Assembly: GCF_006345805.1 (NCBI RefSeq)
Contig: NC_043002.1
Span: forward strand, 16,244,001-16,308,000
Reading direction: 5' to 3'
Source of the DNA: Octopus sinensis
Lineage: Eukaryota
DNA: 64,000 nt
The number at the start of each line of letters is the position of its first letter. Within the stretch, counting starts at the first letter, position 1. Of this stretch, positions 42,454-53,700 are shown one piece after another. The notes under the pieces are model-generated. The model was not told where the DNA came from, searched no databases, and saw only the letters and a program-made list of their open reading frames with translations. A program made the position numbers and the translations under genes.

Positions 42454-42458
<5 letters not shown>
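38736..42458 (-). mobile_element. Full-length R4/Dong-like retrotransposon, second family (copy C)
   Basis: Same domain order as A with a diverged sequence and a different 3' UTR; flanked by (TAA)n. Confidence 0.93.
38958..42458 (-). CDS. RT-RLE polyprotein of copy C (~1165 aa if 2-3 single-base indels are repaired)
   Basis: 840-aa ORF with intact HLVYMDDLKL, CRVC..H..C, RHD and RPDII, plus an upstream 222-aa ORF. One missing base at about 41515 and one at about 39000 restore KAHRIARYEKR and LMGTAHILRK. Confidence 0.82.
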
Positions 42459-42526
<68 letters not shown>

Positions 42527-42530
<4 letters not shown>

Positions 42531-42793
42531 TGAGTTTTGCTTTACATTTGTACAAGTTGTCTCCAAGTGTCACCCAAAGACCTCAAGAGACAAGCTGGAA
42601 GTTCATGCTGGTGTTATGCCTAGGGTGCCAGATATTTGGTTTTGTACTTAGTGTTGTACTAGTGAATGCCTAAAAAAACATACGTTTGTTTTCAAACTTC
42701 AGATTACATAGAAAGTATTTTGCGTAGGATATGAGCAGTTCCCATGAGCATTATCTTTTGAATTTTTGCCATCTTGGGACTTGCTGGTATCTG

Positions 42794-42796
<3 letters not shown>
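42527..42796 (-). mobile_element. 5'-truncated R4/Dong-like copy D (related to C)
   Basis: 3' UTR motif TTTGTACAAGTTG...CTCAAGAGAC and C-terminal codons are homologous to 38736-39050. Confidence 0.88.
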
Positions 42797-42849
<53 letters not shown>

Positions 42850-42884
42850 TATTATTATCATTATTGTTGTTGCTGTTCTTGTTG

Positions 42885-42944
<60 letters not shown>

Positions 42945-42981
42945 TATTATTATTATTATTAATATTATTATTATTAATATT

Positions 42982-44200
42982 ATGTTTAGCTTTTGTTTTG
43001 CATTTGTACAAGTTGACGCCATGTCTCACCTAGAGAACTCAAGAGACAGCAAACTAGGAATTCAAGTTGATGTTATAACTATATGCAATATATTTCGTTC
43101 CACACAGAGTATTGTCTGTCAAATCATAAGTTAACTAGAAGTCTGCTTTCAAAGTAATTTGATTATAAGATGCTAGTCTGATGTTAAGATGACAGTAAAA
43201 CGTGTTTGTTGTGATGTACATTTAAAAGTATTTTGACACTGTTTACGGATTAGAATTTTTGGGGGATTACATAGACAATAATTTACGCAGGGTGTGGGCA
43301 GTTCCCATGAGCATTATTTATTTAATTTCTCCAATTTTTGGATTTCCTGTTATCTTCGCTAGCTAGAAATCAGCCACTTTTGCTTTCGTTCATAGGCCAC
43401 GCAAGACAACAGATATTGGTTTTGTCTTGAGGGCCAACATTTTGCCAATTTCTATTTCAAGATCTTTATACTTGCTCGGTTTTGGAAGGTCTTGATATTT
43501 ATGTCGATTGGGATAGGCATATCGATGAGGCGGAATGATTTTTTTTCAGAAGTCTTTCAATACAACGTCTGGTTTATTTGCATCTAACTTTTTGTCAGTT
43601 TGAATGGTGAAGTTCCAAAGGAGAGAATCGTAGTCCTTTTAAACACTTGAAGATGTTTGAGTTCCCACAAGCTTTTCGTATACAGTAGCTGGAAAACCTA
43701 TTAATATCGCAGATGTTGATCTTCAGTAGGAATTATAAAGCCTCTTAAAGAAGACATAGTCTAGTTATTGTTCAGATTTTGAACGGTTAGGCTGCAACTT
43801 GTTTATTCCAATATATACCAAATCGTGTTCAATATAAGTGAACTTCAATGCACATTATATGAATTTTCTTTATCCATACTATCTGATTCTCGTCACAATC
43901 TTTCAGCTTACTATTAATATTCGGTGTGCTGTTTTCCTTATTTCGTACATATTTTTCCCTAACTTTTCTCGGAGATTCTCTTTTATTATCCTCGTCACTC
44001 CTTCTCTGTTTTTGTAGCTGTGCGTGCGCTTTACAAGTAGCTAACCATTCTGTACATTAATCCCCTTTGATACTGTAGTGTCCATGAATCTTTTAGTGCT
44101 TATCTGCTCTTACTGTCTTCCTCATCCTCTATTTTCTCTATTTTTTCTTCTCTTGTATTTGCTAGCATTTCATCGTTATTTCTTTTCTTGCTTTAAGACT
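42982..44200 (-). mobile_element. Old degenerate R4/Dong-like copy E
   Basis: Same 3' UTR motif (TTTGTACAAGTTG...CTCAAGAGAC) and decayed RLE codons to about 43680; weaker similarity beyond. Confidence 0.7.
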
Positions 44201-44239
44201 CGAAACTCTTTGCATATCAAACTTTGCTTGAATAAAAGT

Positions 44240-44522
44240 GGATAATACAACAAGAGAAATGGCTGCAAGAGATTGGAACAGAACATTCGGTAGAGCTCCT
44301 ACAGAAAGCCCAAGCTCTCAAGTGTAATGTGATGAAGGAAATCAAATTTGTTATTCCAAAATTTAAGGTGAATAAAACGATAAACAATGACAATAGATCA
44401 AAGAAAATCGGATGCCTCCTTGGCCGACTTAGAATTAGACAGTTTGAATACAATAAAGCGGAATTAAGGAAGAAAATATTTCAAACGGGCTTTTCCTATT
44501 TGAAACTGCAAGATGCCGGGAG
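44240..44522 (+). mobile_element. Possible R4-like 3' relic in the opposite orientation (copy F)
   Basis: EKWLQEIGTEHSVELLQKA resembles the R4 C-terminus; it runs into a (CTA)n/(TAA)n tail. Confidence 0.4.
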
Positions 44523-44537
44523 GAGCCTACTACTACA

Positions 44538-44619
<82 letters not shown>

Positions 44620-44620
44620 T

Positions 44621-44689
<69 letters not shown>

Positions 44690-44763
44690 TAATAATATCA
44701 ATAGTAAAAATAATAATAATAATAATGATAATAGTAATGATAATAATAATAATAATAATAATA

Positions 44764-44799
<36 letters not shown>

Positions 44800-44957
44800 A
44801 GCTGCTGCTACTTCTACCCCAGTAGCTGTTGTTTGTTGCTACTAATATTATTGCTTGTGCTACAACAGCCACAAGAAGAAGAAGAAGAAGAAGAAGAAGA
44901 AGAAGAAGAAGAAGAAGAAGAAGAAGAAGAAGAAGAAGAAGAAGAAGAAGAAAAGAA

Positions 44958-44992
<35 letters not shown>

Positions 44993-45020
44993 AGAGAAGA
45001 AGAAAAAAGAAGAAGAAGAA
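44523..45020. repeat. Compound triplet array (CTA)n-(TAA)n-spacer-(GAA)n
   Basis: Direct inspection. Confidence 0.95.
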
Positions 45021-45466
45021 TTACAATTTTAGGCCGATGTCCAGGAATTTCTAACGTAGGGATTAGCCGATTACATTTCTATCGAAGTACTTAACTTTAA
45101 TGACTCCGGAAAACTTCACATCGGCGCGATTTGAAACGTCGGTTACTATGTGCTTCAGGTTTCATGTTATTTGTAGCAAACAAACACGAAAACAATATAC
45201 ATGCTAAATAAATGATCACGTGGAACCTAAATAATATTTTCTGTTATCGGCAAAAGACGATAAATTTGGAGGAAGGATTCTAGTCGATTACACGGACCCA
45301 TGGCCCATGTTGAATTGCTAATTACTCCGTAGATTTAATGCAATGTCGGCTACGGCGGAATTTTGACACAAAACATAAAAGCGGCAGAAATGTTAAGTGT
45401 TTGGCCGACGTCCTGATGCTTCTTCCAGTTCTCAGCCTATGATACTTGAATAATAATAATAACATA

Positions 45467-45714
45467 TATTGTTGTATTTAGGAATGGTCATTTTGCTAGT
45501 TTAGCCAACAAAAACACACGCACTATATATTTGGTGTTACTTTGCTTCAGTGTTATATATTTCTTACGTTAATCTTAATCTAATTTCGGCCAGAATTCTT
45601 TCGTCAAACTCTGTGACCGCATCAGTGGTCTTTGCGTTCTTCTTTGTGTGTCAGTTTATTTGTGTGTCTCTCCGTACTAAACTGGCAAAATGACCATTCC
45701 TAAATACAACAATA
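45467..45714. mobile_element. Tc1/mariner-type MITE, ~35-bp TIR, TA target duplication
   Basis: TA-TTGTTGTATTTAGGAATGGTCATTTTGCTAGTTT ... AAACTGGCAAAATGACCATTCCTAAATACAACAA-TA. Confidence 0.9.
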
Positions 45715-45821
45715 TCTGTTTCAACACACGATTTCACATAAAAAACCTTGCAAAACAAATATATAAACGTAATAATAACATAGCTAATCAAACCTCATTC
45801 GTCTACTGGTTACCACCTCAT

Positions 45822-46255
45822 AGTGGAGGCGCAATGGCCCAGTGGTTAGGGCAGCGGACTCGCAGTCAGTGGAAGCGCAATGGCCCAGTGGTCAGGGCAG
45901 CGGACTCGCGGTCATAGTATCGCGGTTTCGATTCCCAGACCGGGCGTTGTGAGTGTTTATTGAGCGAAAACACATAAAGCTTCACGAGGCTCCGGCAGGA
46001 GATGGTGGTGATCCCTGCTGTACTCTTTCCCCATAACTTTCTCTCAACCTTACTTCCTGTTTCTGTTGTACCTGTATTTCAAAGGGCCGTCCGTGTCACT
46101 CTCTGTGTCACGCTGAATATCCCCGAGAACTACGTTAAGGGTACACGTGTCTGTGGAGTGCTCAGCCACTTACACGTTAATTTCACGAGCAGGCTGTTCC
46201 GTTGATTCGGATCAACCGGAACCCTCATCGTCGTAACCGACGGAGTGCTTCCATC
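45822..46255 (+). mobile_element. tRNA-derived SINE, family C head with T tail; 46-nt head duplicated
   Basis: A box TGGCCCAGTGG occurs twice, B box GGTTTCGATTCC; tail is the reverse complement of 30118-30245. Confidence 0.9.
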
Positions 46256-46757
46256 CATCCACCACCTCATAAGAAATGATACCATACATCTTCTGTGAAT
46301 TTCGTTGTGCATAATTACGATACGTGTTTACTAGCAAGCACTACGTAGTTAAGTTCAGTAATGGAAGGTGAAGGATATTCGACCTATAAATATCACCGAA
46401 ATGAACAGGTCATTTACATTTAGATGTTTGAAATAGCATTCTAAATCCTCTAATATCACTTCGGACACTTTGTGATTCGTTAGTAAACATCACGTTTTTG
46501 GCGCCTTATGGAATTAATTGTAGATACTGGGGCGTGCAATCACCGATATGTCCAGGTTTCCAGGACCGACAATACTATGTGTGAAGCACGTCTGTCTCTG
46601 ATAATCATACTAAAAGAAACAATAGTTTTATAGATTCATTATATAACAGCTATAACCATTTAATGAATCTTACAATTTGATATAGCAAAGCATGTTTACA
46701 CATTGACAGCAGCATTGAACAAACCAGGGATCCAACAGCGTATATCAACAGAGATAT

Positions 46758-46810
<53 letters not shown>

Positions 46811-46814
46811 ACAC

Positions 46815-46850
<36 letters not shown>

Positions 46851-46964
46851 GTATATACGCGCATACAAATCTATATCAACATTTTCACGAACAGAGTATA
46901 AATATATTTCTCACGTGGATGAGGTGCTTCATGTTAGAGGCATTAAGTCGGGAGGAAATTACAT

Positions 46965-47190
46965 CCTCTTTTACTCTTTTAATATTTTACTTGTTTCTGT
47001 CATTTTACTGTGGCCATGCTGGAACACCGCCTTTAATCGAGCAACTCGACCCTGGGACTTATTCTTTTGTAAGCCCAGTACTTATTCTATCGGTTTCTTT
47101 TGCCGAAACGCTAAGTAACGGGGACATAAACACACCAGCATCGGTTGTCAAGCAATGCTAGAGGACAAACACAGACACACAAACACACAA
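46965..47190 (-). mobile_element. 3' half of a family A SINE split by the Penelope-like insertion
   Basis: Matches 10293-10500 and stops at the internal microsatellite. Confidence 0.9.
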
Positions 47191-47207
47191 ACACACACGC
47201 GATATAT

Positions 47208-47245
<38 letters not shown>

Positions 47246-47360
47246 TATATATATATATATATACCGGAGTAAACACATAAATGTGAAACAAGGTGGAAAA
47301 AAGAGTACTCAAATACCAGTGGTAGAGTAATATGCTTTATTTTAAGCAGCAAAATTCAAC

Positions 47361-47409
47361 AAAATCTGTTACTCTGAGTTTCTCTCGTTGCCGTTCATCA
47401 GACAGTTTT
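47361..47409 (-). ncRNA. Type I hammerhead motif in the 3' end of the Penelope-like left arm
   Basis: AAAACTGT-CTGATGA-ACG GCAA CG AGA-GAAA-CTC A GAG-TA-ACAG(A)TTTT. Core intact; stem II end irregular. Confidence 0.7.
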
Positions 47410-48478
47410 TGCTAGAATGGAACTGATATATCAATTCAATCTATACTCTTACAAACGCTACACCTTTAAAAAGAAATGGACTTGTTTGATTGGCCCTTTA
47501 GAAAAAACGGTCAATCTTCGAGCGATAAACAAAAAGGTCAAAAATATATGTATATATATAAAAAAACTTATAAAAATTATAAAATCCGAGGAAAAACCTA
47601 TTGACGTTAATGAAGACAGTGCAAATTAATGCATAGAAATTAAACCTGTTATAAATACTGCAATACATATTTATATTAAAATCTACATATATATATCAAC
47701 ATACACAAAGGGATGCGCGTAAACGCCATACATACATATACAGGCGTATGAATGTAAATCTAAACATACACATAAAAGCATGTGTACATATATTCACGCA
47801 AACCGTCTCGCACGCAAGCTAAAATTCATCTATGTAGCAATTCTCATATACTGAGCAAGGAGGGGAACGAAAGAAAGGGAGAGAGAGAAAAAGGAACGAA
47901 GGAGGGGTGGGGAAAAACGAAATAAGAAAAAATTATGTATACAAGCAGTGTAACGGTGTTATTGGCATCTATAGAGACCAGTATACATACACAAGTTTGA
48001 ATGGATACATATACATACCGTCGTGTATATGTGTGCTTAAGCACAAACATACTTTCACTTACACATACACAGATACGCATGCTTACAAATACATATGCTT
48101 TGCTATACACATACTTATATAAACATTCTAATTTTGACAACATTGCTCTTTTTAAAAAAATCATTGCTTTTAAAAATGGGTGCATTAATAAAAATATATA
48201 CGAAAGACATATAAAATAAAATATAATATCCTATTTTGGGTCATTTATAAATAATCAAGGTAATATAAATAATCAAGGTAATCCTATGCAATACAATAAC
48301 ATGAAAACAAAGTTTGTAGGTGTTTCCTAATATATATGTAGAAACATAAGACTTTGCTATAAGGATTAAGATCCGCATAGCTTGGAAACAAAAACAAAAT
48401 CAAAATCAAAATCCATCGTAGCGCTCATCGTTCAAGAGTCAAAATCAAAATCAAAATCAAAAATACAAAATATATACT

Positions 48479-50613
48479 CTATCCATATGGTATATTTATA
48501 TTCGACATTTTAAATTTAGCCGCGTGCCTACATAAGTTCATTAGCTCACTTCTTTGATTCAAAGAATTATTGTCTTTGAATAAGATGTACATTTTTTCTA
48601 ATAGACAAAGTCTGCACTTGAAATTATTTTTGTAAGCTCCATGCCTGTATGGTGCCGCCCTGTCCAGAATGCTCCATGTCACGTTGAAAGGTGGGGCTTC
48701 CTTTTCTTTTAGTTCCCAGACATATTTTGCTAGGCTGGTTTTCTTCCTATTCTCTGGGTATTTAAATGAATTTTTATGAGAATAAAATTGTTGTTAAATG
48801 AATTTTCTGAAGCCCCTGTGTATGTCTTGTATTCCGATGAGCCTTCCACTTGCACCTTGGCTCTATAAACTACTCCTTTCACTAGACATTTCCCTTCTAA
48901 CGGACAGGAGCTTTCGTTTTTACAATTACATTTCTTAATGGGCTCGGCACCATGTCTAATCTCAATTAGCTTCCTATTATGTTGGCTAATGTAAGAGGCG
49001 AAATTTCTGCAACAAGAATAGCTAACCTTCAGGGTTCTTCTATTAAATATTCTATAGAATTTATGACCCTGCTTAAAATGCTTAGAGACTAATCTCAAAA
49101 ATTCCTTACCTATATTAGTCTTTACGGCCAAATTGAAAGCCGGGTTGAACCACAAAACTTTCCTGGTCCTAGTTCTTCGTGCAGCATTATTATCAGCATT
49201 AAGCTGGTTGAACTGGATCTTCTCAGAGAATCCACTATTCTTTAATGCGCTATCGTAGTAAGGTACTGCATTATGGAATGCTGCCTCGTCCGATGAAATT
49301 GAAGATATTCTTCTACCTACATTGCTGACTAAGTTCCTAAGGATAACTGGTGGATGGTTCGAATCTTTGCTAATATACGACAGCTTTTCATTGGGCTTAC
49401 GGAAAGGTTTAAATCTATCCGATCTTACGTTAAAATTTATGTCTAAAAAATCTACACTATTCAGGTTAGCATCTATCGTAACCCGTAAGTCCATCCTTTG
49501 AAAGAAAGCTATAAGGTCCTTCCTAAGTCTATCTGATTCGTGGCCGTTTAGATTATGCGTGGCTATAAGGCCGTCATCCCTATATAAACCTGCATCTATA
49601 AATGGGAATTCTATGTTTAGATTATGGGGAATAAAGGCTCCTATGAGCATACATAATTCAGCCCCGTCGTTTGCCCCCATCGGTACATCGAAAAGAGAAT
49701 CCTCAGTCTTCTTAATCCAGGTGGAATCCTCGAAAAAAAGAAGCGATTTCCTCGCATGCATAATAATTTCAATTTCCGAGCTATCGATGTTGACATACTG
49801 CTTGGCGAAGTCCAATGCCGTTAGGAGCAACGTCCTAGATATTGACGGGTAAAAGTCAATAATGTCGAATTGTGTGAAACTACAATTATTCTTATAGCTA
49901 ATACCTTTAAACCACTCTATAACTGACTTACTATTCTTCCAAATTCTCAAGTCTACTTCACTATCTAACTTAACTAAAATACGGTCCAAAATATTTTTGC
50001 TAATAATTCCTATCTCAGTTTTAGCCGGATCTATCAATCTACATTTGGGGTTTCTACTAAAATTGGCTTTATGGTCTTTCAGAGTAATAAAAGCTGGTCG
50101 TGGTGAAAGGTATTCAATCCTATCGCTAATCTTAAGATCGTTAGCTATTCCTCTTGCTTCTAAGTTCACCTCTTTGCATATATTCGTGTTGTCTTTTTTG
50201 TATGTGTCCGTGACACTATTCGAAATCAGGCGTTTATAAACGTCCTTATCAAGTGTATATAAGTTCCTTGTCTTGTCAGAATTAACAAAGATCTTATTGG
50301 AGTCGTTAGTCTCCTTAATTTTTTCTCTCATATTTGTCTGCAATTGGTTGGTATATTTGCGGAATTTAATTTTCCTAATAAGCTCGAAAAGGTCTTTCTC
50401 GAAGGCTTCTAATTCCGGAATCGGTGGCGGGTTTCTGGGAAATTTAAATCCATATTCGTTTCCTTCTATTTTCTGTTTATTATCAAAGAAGAAGGCTTTC
50501 CATCTCAGTCTTCTAATAAACTCTTCTGTTTTCTCTATAAGACCTTTGAGATATTGTTTCCGTGCAGGGATAGGTATATTTTTCTGAGAAAAATCCAGCG
50601 GGTAAAGTTCCAT
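48479..50613 (-). CDS. Penelope-like RT + C-terminal GIY-YIG endonuclease (~710 aa; one frameshift near 48790)
   Basis: RT motifs FDIIDFYPSI, PMGANDGAE, YRDDGL, VDFLDINF. Linker CNCKNESSCPLEGKC, then GVVYRA...YTG. C-terminal CRLCLLEK...LNQRSELMNLCRH lies in the shifted frame. Confidence 0.9.
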
Positions 50614-50733
50614 CTTTTTCAGCTGTTTGTTCTTCCTACTTGTGCAGAGTCGCTCAAACTTTTACAAGGAGCGGGTTACACCGGAGTAAACACATAAATG
50701 TGAAACAAGGTGGAAAAAAGAGTACTCAAATAC

Positions 50734-53700
50734 CAGAAAAATATACCAATCCCCGCACGGAAACAATATCTCAAAGGTCTTATAGAGAAAACGGAAGAGT
50801 TTATTAGAAGACTGAGATGGAAAGCCTTCTTCTTTGATAATAAACAGAAAATAGAAGGAAACGAATATGGATTTAAATCTCCCAGAAACCCGCCACCGAT
50901 TCCGGAATTAGAAGCCTTCGAGAAAGACCTTTTCGAGCTTATTAGGAAAATTAAATTCCGCAAATATACCAACAATTGCAGACAAATATGAGAAAAAAAT
51001 TAAGGAGATTAACGACTCCAATAAGATCTTTGTTAATTCTGACAAGACAAGGAACTTATATGCACTTGATAAGGACGTTTATAAACGCCTGATTTCGAAT
51101 AGTGTCACGGACACATACAAAAAAGACAACACGAATATATACAAAGAGGTGAACTTAGAAGCAAGAGGAATAGCTAACGATCTTAAGATTAGCGATAGGA
51201 TTGAATACCTTTCACCACGACCAGCTTTTATTACTCTGAAAGACCATAAAGCCAATTTTAGTAGAAACCCCAAATGTAGATTGATAATCCGGCTAAAACT
51301 GAGATAGGAATTATTAGCAAAAATATTTTGGACCGTATTTTAGTTAAGTTAGATAGTGAAGTAGACTTGAGAATTTGGAAGAATAGTAAGTCATTATAGA
51401 GTGGTTTAAAGGTATTAGCTATAAGAATAATTGGTAGTTTCACACAATTCGACATTATTGACTTTTACCCGTCAATATCTAGGACGTTGCTCCTAACGGC
51501 ATTGGACTTCGCCAAGCAGTATGTCAACATCGATAGCTCGGAAATGAAATTATTATGCATGCGAGAAATCGCTTCTTTTTTCGAGATTCCACCTGGATTA
51601 AGAAGACTGAGGATTCCTTTTCGATGTACCGATGGGGCATACGACGGGGCTGAATTATGTATGCTCATAGGAGCCTTTATTCTCCATAATCTAAAAATAG
51701 AATTCCCATTTATAGATGCAGGTTTATATAGGGATGACGGCCTTATAGCCACGCATAATCTAAACGGCCATGAATCAGATAGACTTAGGAAGGACCTTAT
51801 AGCTTTCTTTCAAAGGATGGACTTACGGGTTACGACAGATGCTAACCTGAATAGTGTAGATTTTTTAGACGTAAATTTTAATGTAAGATCGGATAGATTT
51901 AAACCTTTCCGTAAGCCCAATGAAAAGCTATCGTATATTAGCAAAGATTCGAACCATCCACCAGTTATCCTTAGGAACTTAGTCAGCAATGTAGGTAGAA
52001 GAATATCTTCAATTTCTTCGGACGAGGCAGCATTACACAATGCTGCACCTTATTACGATAGCGCATTAAAGAATAGTGGATTTCTGAGAAGATCCAGTTC
52101 AACCAGCTTAATGCTGATAATAATGCTGCACGAAGAACTAGGACCAGGAAAGTTTTGTGGTTCAAACCGGCTTTCAATTTGGCCGTAAAGACTAATATAG
52201 GTAAGGAATTTTTTGAGATTAGTCTCTAAGCTTTTAAGCAGGGTCATAAATTCTATAGAATATATAATAGAAGAACCCTGAAGGTTAGCTATTCTTGTTG
52301 CAGAAATTTCGCCTCTTACATTAGCCAACATAATAGGAAGCTAATTGAGATTAGACATGGTGCCGAGCCCATTAAGAATGTAATTGTAAAAACGAAAGCT
52401 CCTGTCCGTTAGAAGGGAAATGTCTAGTGAAAGGAGTAGTTTTATAGAGCCAAGGTGCAAGTGGAAGGCTCATCGGAATACAAGACATACACAGGGGCTT
52501 CAGAAAATTCATTTAAAACAAGATTTTATTCTCATAAAAATTCATTTAAATACCCAGAGAATAGGAAGAAACCAGCCTAGCAAAATATGTCTGGGAACTA
52601 AAAGAAAAGGAAGCCCCACCTTTCAACGTGACATGGAGCATTCTGGACAGGGCGGCACCATACAGGCATGGAGCTTACAAAAATAATTTCAAGTGCAGAC
52701 TTTGTCTATTAGAAAAATGTACATCTTATTCAAAGACAATAATTCTTTGAATCAAAGAAGTGAGCTAATGAACTTATGTAGGCACGCGGCTAAATTTAAA
52801 AATGTCGAATATAAATATACCATATGGATAGAGTATATATTTTGTATTTTTGATTTTGATTTTGATTTTGACTCTTGAACGATGAGCGCTACGATGGATT
52901 TTGATTTTGATTTTGTTTTTGTTTCCAAGCTATGCGGATCTTAATCCGTATAGCAAAGTCTTATGTTTCTACATATATATTAGGAAAAACCTACAACTTT
53001 GTTTTCATGTTATTGTATTGCATAGGATTACCTTGATTATTTATATTACCTTGATTATTTATAAATGACCCAAAATAGATGTTATATTTTATTTTATATG
53101 TCTTTCGTATATATTTTTTAATGTACCCATTTTTAAAAGCAATGTTTTTTTTAAAAAAAGCAATGTTGTCAAATTTAGAATGTTTATATAAGTATGTGTA
53201 TAGCAAAGCATATGTATTTGTAAGCATGCGTGTCTGTGTATGTGTAAGTGAAAGTATGTTTGTGCTTAAGCACACATATACACGACGGTATGTATATGTA
53301 TCCATTCAAACTTGTGTATGTATACTGGTCTCTATAGATGCCAATAACACCGTTACACTGCTTGTATACATAATTTTTTCTTATTTCGTTTTTTCCCCAC
53401 CCCTCCTTCGTTCCTTTTTCTCTGTCTCCCTTTCTTTCGTTCCCCCTCCTTGCTCAGTATATGAGAATTGCTACATAGATGAATTTTAGCTTGCGTGCGA
53501 GACGGTTTGCGTGAATATATGTACACATGCTTTTATGTGTATATTTAGATTTATATTCATACGCCTGTATATGTATGTATGGCGTTTACGCGCATCCTTT
53601 TGTGTATGTTGATATATATATGTAGATTTTAATATAAATATGTATTGCAGTATGTATAACAGGTTTAATTTCTATGCATTAATTTGCACTGTCTTCATTA

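Larger units (their letters stand above)
47263..50736 (-). mobile_element. Penelope-like retroelement, left arm, with 57-nt upstream terminal direct repeat (pseudo-LTR)
   Basis: RT + GIY-YIG ORF. 50680-50736 is identical to 47263-47319. The 3' end abuts (TA)n. Confidence 0.93.

Noticed and set aside
44329-45094. Poly-L/I/V/K/E/R ORFs (also 42315-43134, 54854-55585, 63490-63762)
   Set aside because: Triplet-repeat translations.
45825-45945. tRNA gene (also other A/B-box heads)
   Set aside because: No complete cloverleaf; each continues into a SINE body found in several copies.
50273-51273. Antisense ORFs over the Penelope-like and R4-like coding regions
   Set aside because: Shadow ORFs of the real RT frames.
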